From the NCBI GenBank assembly GCA_044229845.1, contig JBGASG010000004.1:384001-448000 (forward strand): a DNA stretch of 64,000 bases, given 5' to 3'. The notes beneath the pieces were generated by a model. That model did no database searches. It had not been told where the DNA came from and saw only the letters and a program-made list of their open reading frames with translations. Below are positions 1 through 9,188 of the stretch, in pieces; position 1 is the first letter of the stretch, and every line of letters starts with the position of its first letter. A program made the translations under genes and the position numbers. Source of the stretch: Candidatus Obscuribacteraceae bacterium. GTDB lineage: Bacteria; Cyanobacteriota; Vampirovibrionia; Obscuribacterales; Obscuribacteraceae.

Positions 1-831
1 GTACTCGGTGAGGACCATGACATGATCCGCCAGGTCGAGAGTCGCAATGGCGCGCTCGTCCAGGAGGTTTTTCGGCAGGTCGACAACGGTATAGCGGAAC
101 TCTTGTTTTGCTGTATAAAGGATCTCTTGCACCTGGGCTGCATAGATGTCCCCGATGTCTTCCAGTTCGGGCGGGGCAGCGAGAATGCTCAACTTGTCAT
201 CGTACTTGGTCATCAGGTTGCGCAAGTACGTGGCATCAAAGTTGGTGTGCGAGAAGTCGATGGTGCTCAAGCTGAAGGATGGCTCCAGGTTGAGGTAGTG
301 CGAAATCATACCGAACTGCAAGTCGAGGTCGACGATGCAGGTCTCACCGAATTTGCCCAGATAACCAGCCAGGTTGGTGCAGATGGTGGTGGCGCCAATG
401 CCACCAGTGGGCGAGAAGATAGCGATAACTTTGCCGGATGCTGTGGACACCGACTCGCTCTGGTGCTTGAGCAAGATGCTCTGCACGGCGGCCGGCAAAT
501 CTGTACGCCAGCGCTCGGCGTCCAGGAAGTCGCTGGCGCCCAGGCGGTAAGCCGTACGAATCAGTTCCGGATCCGGAACTTCGTAGCTGACAAAGAAATA
601 GAGCTGTGGGAATGCTTCCCGCAGCTCAGCAAGTAATGACAGTCCGCGGACCGGGGCCGGGCTAAGTTCAATCCAGACAAGCTTGGGATGCAAGCTTCCG
701 ATTTGTTCTCTAGCCATACCGCCGGAGACGGTTGAGATCAGCGCCAACGATGGCTGGCTGTGAATCAAGTCTTCGATGGTCTGACGCTTATCGAGACCGG
801 CGTCGCATACAAGCAGCGTAGTCAGTTTCAT
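1..831 (-). CDS. cpaE: CpaE/TadZ-like Flp pilus assembly protein (receiver-like N-terminus + MinD/ParA-like ATPase), 3' end truncated by window edge
   Basis: Read manually on the minus strand from ATG at 831: MKLTTLLVCD...GKVIAIFSPTGGIGATTICTNLA...IVDLDLQFG...YTVVDLP, with a deviant Walker A and DLDLQFG typical of CpaE; lies downstream of cpaB. Confidence 0.8.
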   Translation of the reverse strand, partial: MKLTTLLVCDAGLDKRQTIEDLIHSQPSLALISTVSGGMAREQIGSLHPKLVWIELSPAPVRGLSLLAELREAFPQLYFFVSYEVPDPELIRTAYRLGASDFLDAERWRTDLPAAVQSILLKHQSESVSTASGKVIAIFSPTGGIGATTICTNLAGYLGKFGETCIVDLDLQFGMISHYLNLEPSFSLSTIDFSHTNFDATYLRNLMTKYDDKLSILAAPPELEDIGDIYAAQVQEILYTAKQEFRYTVVDLPKNLLDERAIATLDLADHVMVLTEY

Positions 832-1086
832 GACAGTGCAAATCCCCTAAAAATTGGTCCAACGTCTTCGAGAAAGAATACTTATCGAGAGGTCTATCTA
901 GTGAGTTGTACCCACTAGGTTTAACTATTCAAGCAGTTTGTCTAAGGACTGTAACGTGTTTCGGGCTTTTATCGGGAAGGAAGCTTTCGCGAGGCTCAGA
1001 GGGTTGGAGGCTCTCGGAGCCTGTCGGAAGCTTGGTCCAGGGGGAAATATGGGAGAGATTCGAGAGGTTTAGGGTCTGAGGACTGA

Positions 1087-1113
1087 AAGGGGGCGGGGCT
1101 AACCCCGCCCCTT
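1087..1113 (-). terminator. GC-rich hairpin after cpaB copy 1 (terminator or REP-like)
   Basis: GGGGCGGGG-ctaa-CCCCGCCCC inverted repeat about 25 bp after the cpaB stop; only a short T run on the minus strand. Confidence 0.55.
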
Positions 1114-1138
1114 ACAGTTTCATATCGGCGTGTGCTTC

Positions 1139-2095
1139 TTAGCCTTGCGGTACCGAGAGCACTTCTTTCTTGCCGCCGGACCAGAGCTCGATTTCATGCA
1201 TCGGCGGTGGTTGCGGGGGCAGAGCGCCCATGCCGGGTCCCGGAGCCATTCCGCCGGAGGGACCAGGTCCCGGAAGCGGGGGCGGGGGCAGAGGCGACGG
1301 AGGCAAAACGGCCAACTCTGGTGGCTTTTGCGGTTTCGGGAAGAGCGTTGTTACGTCAACCACGGCCACGGGGGTATGGTCTTTGTCGTTACGCAGCGAG
1401 AGGTAAAGCTGACCGGCTTTGATAGCTTTGACCAACTTTGCCGAATCTTCCGGTGAGACCGAAACTGTTACCGAGGAAGCCGGCTGAGCGCCAGCAGCGC
1501 CAGCTTGCTTTTGGAAGACCTGACCGACGGCGATCACTTCCACATCCGACATGACCGGTGCGACTTTGGTTTCGGCACCAGCTCCGACGGAGCAGAGAAC
1601 GTCGACGTGCGAACCAGGAGCGATGAATCCAGCAACGCCGGTGTTGGTGTCAACAGCGAACGTGATGGCTCTCATGCCTTCCTTGATTTTGCCTTCGAAT
1701 CCAGTTTGCTGGATGCTGGCATGCTTCAGGTGACCGCTAAGTAGGACGGTTCCTTGAGCGATGTTGACGGCAGCGTAGCTACCGGCAGCCATCGATTGCG
1801 AGCTGATCGCGCTTTCCGGCACTTTGGAAGTCTGGATAGATGCTTCTTCCAGGTCATCCGGTGCAATCAGTGCGCCTTCAGCAATATCCTTAGCCGCTTT
1901 TACGATGGTTGTTTTCTGGTTTTTTTCAGCTTCAATGCGGGACAGCAATTCTTGGTTCTTGTTTTCGCTGTCGCTCATTTTGTTCATGACCAGCATCGTC
2001 ACCACGACTGCCAAGCCAAGGATGATGATGAGCATCAGCATTGGAGGCATTCTGGAGAGGCTAAGAAATAACGAACGGAAAGGATTCATGTTCAT
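1139..2095 (-). CDS. cpaB: Flp pilus assembly protein CpaB (copy 1)
   Basis: N-terminal TM, SAF domain (VKAAKDIAEG), RcpC/CpaB signature GMRAITF...GVAGFIAPGSHVDVL...DVEVIAVGQ...LYLSLR, Pro-rich tail. Confidence 0.9.
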   Translation of the reverse strand: MNMNPFRSLFLSLSRMPPMLMLIIILGLAVVVTMLVMNKMSDSENKNQELLSRIEAEKNQKTTIVKAAKDIAEGALIAPDDLEEASIQTSKVPESAISSQSMAAGSYAAVNIAQGTVLLSGHLKHASIQQTGFEGKIKEGMRAITFAVDTNTGVAGFIAPGSHVDVLCSVGAGAETKVAPVMSDVEVIAVGQVFQKQAGAAGAQPASSVTVSVSPEDSAKLVKAIKAGQLYLSLRNDKDHTPVAVVDVTTLFPKPQKPPELAVLPPSPLPPPPLPGPGPSGGMAPGPGMGALPPQPPPMHEIELWSGGKKEVLSVPQG

Positions 2096-2404
2096 TACCC
2101 CTATTAGTAACGAGAGAAAGATTAACCAGTTACTATTAACGCATATTGGTTAGTTGAGGACAATGATTTCTTGCCCTGCGGAACGCCGTTTCAAAGCGTC
2201 TTGAGAATCTTTTTCTGCTGTCAACTTATCGGCAACTCGCCGTCCTATCTGAAAAGCAGACTGCGCAAGGCTTTGATTTGATGAGCATGTCAACTGCTGA
2301 GGCTGTTTTTGACCGCTTTCCAAGCAATTAAAAATGCCAGTGCGTAACGCATGTTCGTTACAATGAAAGTGCAGTGCATTTGTCAAGGAACCCATGAGAA
2401 CCTG

Positions 2405-3346
2405 ATGGCTACTGAATCCAAGCCACTTGAGATTACAAAAGCTCTGCAGCATTTAGTTTCAGTTGGCAAGGACGGCTGGTGGCCTTATAACGCCGATCAA
2501 ACCGCATACAGCATTGAGGCGACCGCATATGCACTGATTGCATTGCGCCAGAACGCTGACGTGGTCAACAAGTCTGTTGACTTTCTGATATCGGCGCAAT
2601 TGGATTCCGGTGGTTGGGGCACCACACCTGGGGTCGCCGAGTGGGACTACACCACATATCTAGCGCTCTTCGCTTTGAACGTGGCCAGACGCCAACATCC
2701 CGCCATCGTGACGCGCACCGCATCAGCGTGCGCAAAAGCTCACGACCTCTTGCTCGATGGTCGCACGGAATTTTTGACACCGGCCGGCCGCGTCTTTTTT
2801 CTCATGTGGAGCGGTCCCAGTTATGACTATGCGCGCGGCTGGCCGTGGATGGCAAAAACATTTCACTGGGTCGAACCGACCTGCCTAGCTTTATTAGCCA
2901 TTGACGCATCTGAAATTGCCGGCAAGAAACTTTTGAAGGCCGCCGATCACGCACGCGCATATCTGGCTGAGGTCAGTTGTGTCGATGGTGGATGGAACTA
3001 CGGCAACAGAATTGTGCTGGGAGCGCCGGTGCCACCAATGGCGGTCAACACCGCGCAAGGCATTCTCGCCCTGCAAGCTCAGCCGCAAGGCGCACTGGTA
3101 GCCAGCGCACTCGCTTATCTCGATCGCGCCGACAACGAATTCATGAGCATCGTCGAAACCGCCTGGTCCGCTCTGGCTCGCGATGCGGTCGGCAGACCCA
3201 GCGACAAACAGCGCGAAAGACTGGCGAGTCATCAAGCCGAAGACGGCAGTTTCTCGCACAACATCATGGCTTCAGCGATGGCCGCCATCGCCTGCGGCAT
3301 CCCCGAAAACGGTAACCCATTCAAATTTGCAAGTGCACGCTCATGA
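2405..3346 (+). CDS. Prenyltransferase/squalene-cyclase (QW) repeat alpha-barrel protein
   Basis: QW-like repeats QLDSGGWG, DGGWNYG, QAEDGSF; overlaps the next gene (ATGA). Start at 2405 is a judgement. Confidence 0.65.
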   Translation: MATESKPLEITKALQHLVSVGKDGWWPYNADQTAYSIEATAYALIALRQNADVVNKSVDFLISAQLDSGGWGTTPGVAEWDYTTYLALFALNVARRQHPAIVTRTASACAKAHDLLLDGRTEFLTPAGRVFFLMWSGPSYDYARGWPWMAKTFHWVEPTCLALLAIDASEIAGKKLLKAADHARAYLAEVSCVDGGWNYGNRIVLGAPVPPMAVNTAQGILALQAQPQGALVASALAYLDRADNEFMSIVETAWSALARDAVGRPSDKQRERLASHQAEDGSFSHNIMASAMAAIACGIPENGNPFKFASARS

Positions 3347-4440
3347 ACGACGACGACAAGAAAAGCGACGATAAAAGGAGCAACTCCAACGACGGCACCA
3401 CGCGCCGCTCTTTTCTGGCTGCGGCTTCCGCCGCATTCGCCATGGGCTCGCTCGCATCATGCGGCACCGATGACCCCGCCACCAACAAATTGAAAGCGAC
3501 TGCCGAGCAGGCTTCCGGAAAGTTTCCAGGACCGTCGCGCGTCGCGCTGGTGCATTGCGAAAATTACAAAGAAGATGTCTTCCAGCTCATCAAGCCGCAT
3601 TTAGAGAAACTACAGCTGCCTGACTTGAAAAACAAAACAGCAGTCCTCAAGATCAATATGGTTGAGTTCCGAGAAGGCAAGCCCATCTTCACCAATCCCG
3701 TCGTCGTGCGCGGCGCCATCGAACTGGTAAAACATCTTGGTGCCCGAGATATTGTCGTCGGCGAAGGACCCGGCCACATGCGGGATACACAATATCTCTT
3801 GCAAGCCACCGGTGTCGGAGATCTATTAAAAGGAATGGGAATTCGTTTTGTCGATCTCAATCTAGATGAGCTTGAAAAGGTCGAGTTAGCGCACTCATTC
3901 AGCAAACTCGATCACTTCATGCTGCCGCGCACCGTCGCTAAAGCGGACGCATTGATTTCGGTGCCCAAACTCAAGACGCACCACTGGGTGGGCATTACCG
4001 CCTCGATGAAAAACCTGTTCGGCATTGTACCGGGCCGCCATTACGGTTGGCCGAAAAACATTTTGCACTGGCACGGCATCGACGAATGCATCCTCGATCT
4101 CAACCGGCTGCGCCGTCCCACCTTCGCCGTCGTCGATGGTGTCGTGGCTATGGAAGGTGATGGGCCGCTGAACGGCGTCGCCAAAGAAACCAAGGTCGTC
4201 GTTGTCGGCAACGATGTAGCCGCCGTCGATGCCACTTGCGCCCGCATCATGCAGCTGCCCGATCTGGACAAGATCAAATATCTGCGCGTCGCCGGCGAAT
4301 GCATCGGCAACACCGCCGTGGACAAAATCGAACTGATCGGTACGCCACTGAATGCAGTGGCGCAGAAATTCGAACTGCCGGCCTGCCTGCAGCCAGGCGG
4401 TATTATGGCCCACATCAAAGTCGGCGAGCTGGACAGCTAG
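3343..4440 (+). CDS. DUF362 family protein with Tat signal and lipobox
   Basis: TRRSFL twin-arginine, LASC lipobox; DUF362 motifs LKINMV, VPKLKTHHW, MKNLFG, DGVVAMEGDGP, DVAAVDA. Confidence 0.8.
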   Translation: MNDDDKKSDDKRSNSNDGTTRRSFLAAASAAFAMGSLASCGTDDPATNKLKATAEQASGKFPGPSRVALVHCENYKEDVFQLIKPHLEKLQLPDLKNKTAVLKINMVEFREGKPIFTNPVVVRGAIELVKHLGARDIVVGEGPGHMRDTQYLLQATGVGDLLKGMGIRFVDLNLDELEKVELAHSFSKLDHFMLPRTVAKADALISVPKLKTHHWVGITASMKNLFGIVPGRHYGWPKNILHWHGIDECILDLNRLRRPTFAVVDGVVAMEGDGPLNGVAKETKVVVVGNDVAAVDATCARIMQLPDLDKIKYLRVAGECIGNTAVDKIELIGTPLNAVAQKFELPACLQPGGIMAHIKVGELDS

Positions 4441-4455
4441 CGCTGCAGCCGATCT

Positions 4456-6063
4456 CTACTCCCACTCGATGGTGGCAGGTGGTTTCGACGTGATGTCGTA
4501 CACCACTCGGTTGATGCCGGGCACCTCATTAACGATGCGCCGCGATATGATCTCCAGCAAGTCGTAGGGCAGGCGCGCCCAGTCGGCGGTCATGCCGTCC
4601 TCGCTGGTGACGGCGCGAATCACACAAGTGTTTTGATAGGTTCGCTGGTCTCCCATCACTCCAACAGATTTTGTTGGAAGCAAGACCGCGAATATCTGCC
4701 ACACGCTTCGGTAGAGCTTATGCGCCTTCACTTCTTCGCGCACGATCCAGTCGGCTTCCCGCAATGTCTTCAGCGATTCTTTGGTGACCTCACCGAGCAC
4801 TCTAATGGCCAGCCCCGGTCCCGGGAAGGGATGGCGAACGCGAATGCCTTCCGGCACTCCCAACTCGGCCGCCACGCGTCGTACTTCGTCTTTGAAAAGC
4901 TTGGCAAACGGCTCAATCAGCTTGAACTGCAGATCGGGCGGCAAGCCTCCCACGTTGTGGTGCGACTTGATTTTCACAGCCACTCGTTCGCCGGTTTTCG
5001 GGTCGACCTGCACACCGGATGACTCGATAACATCAGGATACAGCGTGCCCTGTCCGAGGAAGTCGAAGGGACCGAGCCGTTTCGCTTCTTCTTCGAAAAC
5101 GCGGATGAACTGGGCGCCGATAATCTTGCGTTTCTCCTCGGGATCGACAACACCCTGAAGTTTCTCCACAAAGCGATCGCGGGCCTTCACGAATTCCACT
5201 TTGATGTGAAACTCGCGATCGAAGATGTCTACCAGCCATTCCGGTTCGTTCTTGCGCATGAAACCCTGGTCGACGAGCACGCAAGTAAGCTGATCGCCGA
5301 TTGCTTTATGCAAAAGAAACGCCAGAGTCGAACTGTCGACACCACCGGATAGAGCCAGGAGAACTTTTTTCTTGCCGACACGCCCGCGTATCTCTTCGAT
5401 CTGCTCTTCGATAAACTGAGCCATCGTCCATCTTTGCGGCGACTTGCAGATATCGACAACAAAGTTGCGGATTATCTGCTGCCCGCCGACGGTGTGCACC
5501 ACTTCCGGGTGAAATTGCACACCGTACATGTCCCGCTCCTCATCAGCGATCGCAGCGGTGGGCGTGTCCATCGTCCGTGCCACCACCTGAAACCCGGGCG
5601 GTAGCTGCACCACACTGTCGCCATGACTCATCCAGCTGTCGATGCCCGGATCGAGTCCATTAAAGAGCTTTCCATGATGAACGATCGTCAAAAGCGCTCG
5701 CCCGAACTCCCGCACTTTCGCCGGCTCTACGATACCGCCAAGTTCCTGCCCCATCAACTGCATGCCGTAGCAAACGCCAAGCACCGGCAACCCCAACTTA
5801 TATATATTAGGATCCGGTTTGGGGGCGTTCTCTTCGTAAACGCTGCTCGGGCCGCCCGACAGAATGATGCCCAGCGGGTTCAGGCGCTTCAGCTCATCAG
5901 CGCTGATGTGATACGGCAAAAGCTCGGAGAATGTGTTGCACTCCCGTACCCGCCGGGCAATCAACTGCGAATATTGAGACCCGAAGTCGAGGATGGCGAT
6001 CGAATCTTTCAATGCATTGTCCTTGAGATTCGACACGGAGCGAGCCTTTTGCGTCGTAGTCAA
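4456..6063 (-). CDS. guaA: GMP synthase (glutamine-hydrolysing)
   Basis: [36 protein letters not shown] and C-terminal KPPATIEWE. Confidence 0.98.
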   Translation of the reverse strand: MTTTQKARSVSNLKDNALKDSIAILDFGSQYSQLIARRVRECNTFSELLPYHISADELKRLNPLGIILSGGPSSVYEENAPKPDPNIYKLGLPVLGVCYGMQLMGQELGGIVEPAKVREFGRALLTIVHHGKLFNGLDPGIDSWMSHGDSVVQLPPGFQVVARTMDTPTAAIADEERDMYGVQFHPEVVHTVGGQQIIRNFVVDICKSPQRWTMAQFIEEQIEEIRGRVGKKKVLLALSGGVDSSTLAFLLHKAIGDQLTCVLVDQGFMRKNEPEWLVDIFDREFHIKVEFVKARDRFVEKLQGVVDPEEKRKIIGAQFIRVFEEEAKRLGPFDFLGQGTLYPDVIESSGVQVDPKTGERVAVKIKSHHNVGGLPPDLQFKLIEPFAKLFKDEVRRVAAELGVPEGIRVRHPFPGPGLAIRVLGEVTKESLKTLREADWIVREEVKAHKLYRSVWQIFAVLLPTKSVGVMGDQRTYQNTCVIRAVTSEDGMTADWARLPYDLLEIISRRIVNEVPGINRVVYDITSKPPATIEWE

Positions 6064-6104
6064 AGGTTGGTTCTCCCAGGTTAGTCCTTGGAGCCAATTT
6101 TAAG

Positions 6105-6644
6105 TCAACTGACGTGCCTTGACGAGTAATTGCAAACGAGATCCCGTCTGGATCTTGCTTGGGCGGCGATGAATCTGTTGTTATCCAGTGCCAGCCGATC
6201 CAATATATCGCAGCCGATCGACTCATTGGCGACCAGCGAGTTGCGCACTTCGTCGCTCTCAGCGAGCGCCAGTTGGCGCAGCACCACGTACGGTGTCACG
6301 TTGCTGGCCGCCAGCTGGGCATTGTGCCGGGCGGCCAGCTGCGCGTTATACCGGTCCGCCAGCTGCGCGCTGTATCTTTCTCGGGCGTGGCGCGCCCGCG
6401 CCTGACGCCGGGCCGCCCGTTCAGCCTGACGGCGGACATCCAGATCAGCGTCAATATCAAGTGCCATAAGCGCGTTATCGTTGTTGCCGACTAGGCTCAT
6501 CAACACAGTCAGGGCTCGCACCGGCAAAAGAAGCAGCTTGCCGGCGAACTCAAACAACAGCTCCGCCACTTCCAGCGCGAATTCGAAATCCGCGTTGCGG
6601 TCTTCGTTGCTCTCGGGCGGCGCTTGTACTGCTATCGGAAACAT
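6105..6644 (-). CDS. Hypothetical protein with C-terminal leucine-rich-variant (LRV)-like repeats
   Basis: C-terminal AASNVTPYVVLRQLA..VR..LVANESI..DILDRLALD resembles LRV helical repeats; preceded by three AQLAxRxN-type repeats; purine-rich RBS region upstream. Confidence 0.55.
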   Translation of the reverse strand: MFPIAVQAPPESNEDRNADFEFALEVAELLFEFAGKLLLLPVRALTVLMSLVGNNDNALMALDIDADLDVRRQAERAARRQARARHARERYSAQLADRYNAQLAARHNAQLAASNVTPYVVLRQLALAESDEVRNSLVANESIGCDILDRLALDNNRFIAAQARSRRDLVCNYSSRHVS

Positions 6645-6701
6645 TCTTCTTCTCCTCTTCTCTCTTTCGTCTCTCTCTGGTTCTGCTTTGGCTTGCCTCA
6701 G

Positions 6702-6716
6702 TAGACCGGTCGTCTA
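6702..6716. promoter_or_regulatory. TetR/NemR-type operator copy
   Basis: TAGACCGGTCGTCTA, the exact reverse complement of the site in front of the tetR gene (8394-8408). Confidence 0.8.
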
Positions 6717-6844
6717 CTTCCTGCCAGCAAAAAACGCCGCATCTACTCGACCACTAGTTCCAGGTCTTCGTTGCGGTTGCGCATTTTGTAGTCGGCGGGG
6801 GCTTGCACTGCTACAGGAAACATCTTCACTTCACATCCATTTAG

Positions 6845-6859
6845 TAGACCGGTCGCCTA
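6845..6859. promoter_or_regulatory. TetR/NemR-type operator copy
   Basis: TAGACCGGTCGCCTA, one mismatch to the 6702 site. Confidence 0.7.
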
Positions 6860-6923
6860 GTTCTTCTCAAAAAAAATTGTCCGGCGCCCAGTTCGTTTCT
6901 CATCCGTTCAATTCGATGCAAGA

Positions 6924-6952
6924 ATAGTAGACCAGTCGTCTAGTGCTGTCAA
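6924..6952 (-). promoter_or_regulatory. sigma70 promoter with embedded TetR operator (6928-6942)
   Basis: Minus strand reads TTGACA-17 nt-TACTAT; operator TAGACGACTGGTCTA fills the spacer and overlaps the -10. Confidence 0.8.
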
Positions 6953-7004
6953 CCGCTCGCCAGGTTAAGGCCGGCTCACCTTAGCTCAGTCCCTGCACGA
7001 AGCG

Positions 7005-7093
7005 CGGTTTTGTCACATCAGAGGGCTTCATTTGTGACAAATCGAGGGTGCGGAGCCGGTTTTGTCACATTCGAGGGCTTCGTCTGTGACAAC
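7005..7093. repeat. Tandem 52-bp-period repeat, each unit with a TTGTCACA-N15-TGTGACAA inverted repeat
   Basis: cggttttgtcacatcagagggcttcatttgtgacaa (7005) and cggttttgtcacattcgagggcttcgtctgtgacaa (7057). Confidence 0.75.
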
Positions 7094-7318
7094 ACCAGGA
7101 GGGAGTGCGCGCTAACCATATATATGGATATGCGAGAGCATATAGATGCATGCAACAGCGATGGGCGGAGCTTGCGCTCCGCCCATCATTCGATATTCGC
7201 CTTCCACAAGCGGCTCTCTGGTTGCTTCGTACTCGGTTTCCTTCCAGCGTCCTAGGAGGAAATCAGGACATAGCCTCTTACAGTCAGCGTCATCGAAGGT
7301 CTAGTCTCAGTCTCTTTC

Positions 7319-8266
7319 TTAGCCTTGCGGCACTGTCAGAACCTCCTTCTTGCTGCCCGTCCACAACTCGATCTCATGCTGCGGTGGTTGCACCTGCGGC
7401 AGGACACCATTGGTCATGGGCGCCAGACCCGATTGCTGGTTGCCGAAGCCTGGCGGCACCGGCGGCGGCAGATCGGGAACCAGAGCAATTTGCGGTTGCA
7501 CAACTGGTTTGGGGAAGAGCGAAGTCACATCAACCACAGCCACCGGTGTGTGATCTTTGTCGCTACGCAGAGAGAGATAAAGCTGTCCAGCCTTGATCGA
7601 CTTGACGAGCTTTGCCGATTGCTCCGGCGAAACCGACACCGTCACTGAAGACGCAGGCTGTGAGCCGGCGCTTCCCACCTGCTTCTGATAGACCTGACCG
7701 ACGGCGATCACTTCCACATCCGACATCACAGGCGCCACTTTCGTATCGGCACCGGCTCCGACGGAGCAAAGCACATCGACGTGCGAACCGGGAGCAACAA
7801 ATCCGGCCACACCAGTATTGGTATCAACGGCAAAAGTGATGGCACGCATGCCGTCTTTGATTTTGCCTTCGAAACCGCCAGTATGCATACCGATAGCCGC
7901 TCTCAGATGTCCACTCAAAATCACAGTTCCCTGAGAAATCGGAACGGCGGCATAACTGCCTTGTGCCAGCGACGCGCTGCCGATAGCACTTTCCGGTACT
8001 TTGAGAGTCTGGATTTGAGATTCTTCCAGGTCATCCGCCGCAATCAGAGAGCCTTCGGAGATGTCCTTGGCTGTTCGAACTATGGTGGTCTTCTGGTTTT
8101 TCTCCCTGTCGATCTGTTCAAGAAGCGCTGCGTTTTGATTCGCAGTTTGATTCATTTGATTCATGACCAACATGGTGACGACTACCGCCAATCCCAGGAT
8201 CACCATCAGCATCAGCATTGGCGGCATGCGGGAAAGGGATAGGAACAACGAACGAAACGGATTCAT
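7319..8266 (-). CDS. cpaB: Flp pilus assembly protein CpaB (copy 2)
   Basis: Same architecture and long identical peptide blocks as 1139-2095 (e.g. MNPFRSLFLSLSRMPPMLML, GMRAITFAVDTNTGVAGF, DKDHTPVAVVDVT). Confidence 0.9.
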   Translation of the reverse strand: MNPFRSLFLSLSRMPPMLMLMVILGLAVVVTMLVMNQMNQTANQNAALLEQIDREKNQKTTIVRTAKDISEGSLIAADDLEESQIQTLKVPESAIGSASLAQGSYAAVPISQGTVILSGHLRAAIGMHTGGFEGKIKDGMRAITFAVDTNTGVAGFVAPGSHVDVLCSVGAGADTKVAPVMSDVEVIAVGQVYQKQVGSAGSQPASSVTVSVSPEQSAKLVKSIKAGQLYLSLRSDKDHTPVAVVDVTSLFPKPVVQPQIALVPDLPPPVPPGFGNQQSGLAPMTNGVLPQVQPPQHEIELWTGSKKEVLTVPQG

Positions 8267-8377
8267 GTCTCATTACCTCGGAGGTAACGAGCGAAAGACT
8301 AACCACCCACCATAGAAACACCATCCGAAATTTCTCGCTTGCCCCAAACAATTTTCTGCTTGCATTTATGACTCTTG

Positions 8378-8408
8378 TGTTACACTGTTGCCCTAGACGA
8401 CCGGTCTA
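8378..8408 (+). promoter_or_regulatory. tetR promoter (extended -10) followed by autoregulatory operator
   Basis: TG-t-TACACT at 8378-8386, then TAGACGACCGGTCTA at 8394-8408, just upstream of RBS/ATG 8432. Confidence 0.7.
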
Positions 8409-8431
8409 GTAGACACCAGGAACCAGCCGCC

Positions 8432-9046
8432 ATGCCTAAAACAGCCACCCGCGAAAACACCAAATACCTGCTCATAGAGACCGGTATCGACATCATGGTC
8501 GAGAAGGGCTACAACGCCACCGGACTTTCCGAGGTGTTGAGTGCCGCCGGTGTGCCCAAGGGTTCTTTTTATTACTACTTCCAGAGCAAGGAAGACTTCG
8601 GGCTCAACATCATCAATTACTTCGACGAACGCTACGTCAGCCAGCTGGACCAGATTCTCAACGACAAGTCGATGACGCCTCTCGACCGCATGTATAAGTA
8701 CGTCGCCGACACGATCACCAAAGCGCAAGAGCGCCATTGCAGCCGAGGCTGTCTATTAGCCAATCTCAGCCAGGAAATGGCGGATCAAAACGAGCTTTTT
8801 CGGTCGCGTCTTTCCGAAATCATGACCAAGCGCAGCGAGAAGTTCGCACGCTGCCTGCAAGAAGCCAAGGACGTCGGTCAGGTGCCGGCGGACGTTTGCG
8901 TTAATATGTGCGCCGAGTTTTTCCTTTGCGCTTTCGAAGGCGCGCTGATGCGCTCCAAAACCATGAAAGATCCAAAGCCACTGCAGATGGTGCAGGAGGC
9001 GTTCTTTGATGTAATGCTCGGACTGGACCCGCACTGCAACGGCTGA
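8432..9046 (+). CDS. TetR/AcrR family regulator, NemR/ComR-like
   Basis: HTH KGYNATGLSEVLSAAGVPKGSFYYYFQSKEDF; C-terminal GCLLANLSQEM matches the Cys-bearing GCL motif of the NemR subfamily. Confidence 0.9.
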   Translation: MPKTATRENTKYLLIETGIDIMVEKGYNATGLSEVLSAAGVPKGSFYYYFQSKEDFGLNIINYFDERYVSQLDQILNDKSMTPLDRMYKYVADTITKAQERHCSRGCLLANLSQEMADQNELFRSRLSEIMTKRSEKFARCLQEAKDVGQVPADVCVNMCAEFFLCAFEGALMRSKTMKDPKPLQMVQEAFFDVMLGLDPHCNG

Positions 9047-9188
9047 CATAAAAATCTGCGAAGAGCGCGGCACTGCGTTCTGCCTGCGCCGTACCGCGCC
9101 TGCTTCGCCTGTGTGCAACCGCGACGCGCACCGCCGAGTAGAGGAAGGCATTCCTCTCGACGGCTAACGTCGCATTGCACAGAACCCG

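Noticed and set aside
22..636. 204-aa plus-strand ORF
   Set aside because: Antisense to the CpaE-like gene, which the ORF track missed because it runs off the window.
4440..4470. Genomic island integrated at the guaA 3' end
   Set aside because: guaA is a known hotspot, but no integrase and no duplicated guaA 3' end (att) was found in the window.
6702..7093. CRISPR-like array from the repeated TAGACC/TGTCACA motifs
   Set aside because: Repeats are short, irregularly spaced, tied to promoter elements, and no cas genes are present.
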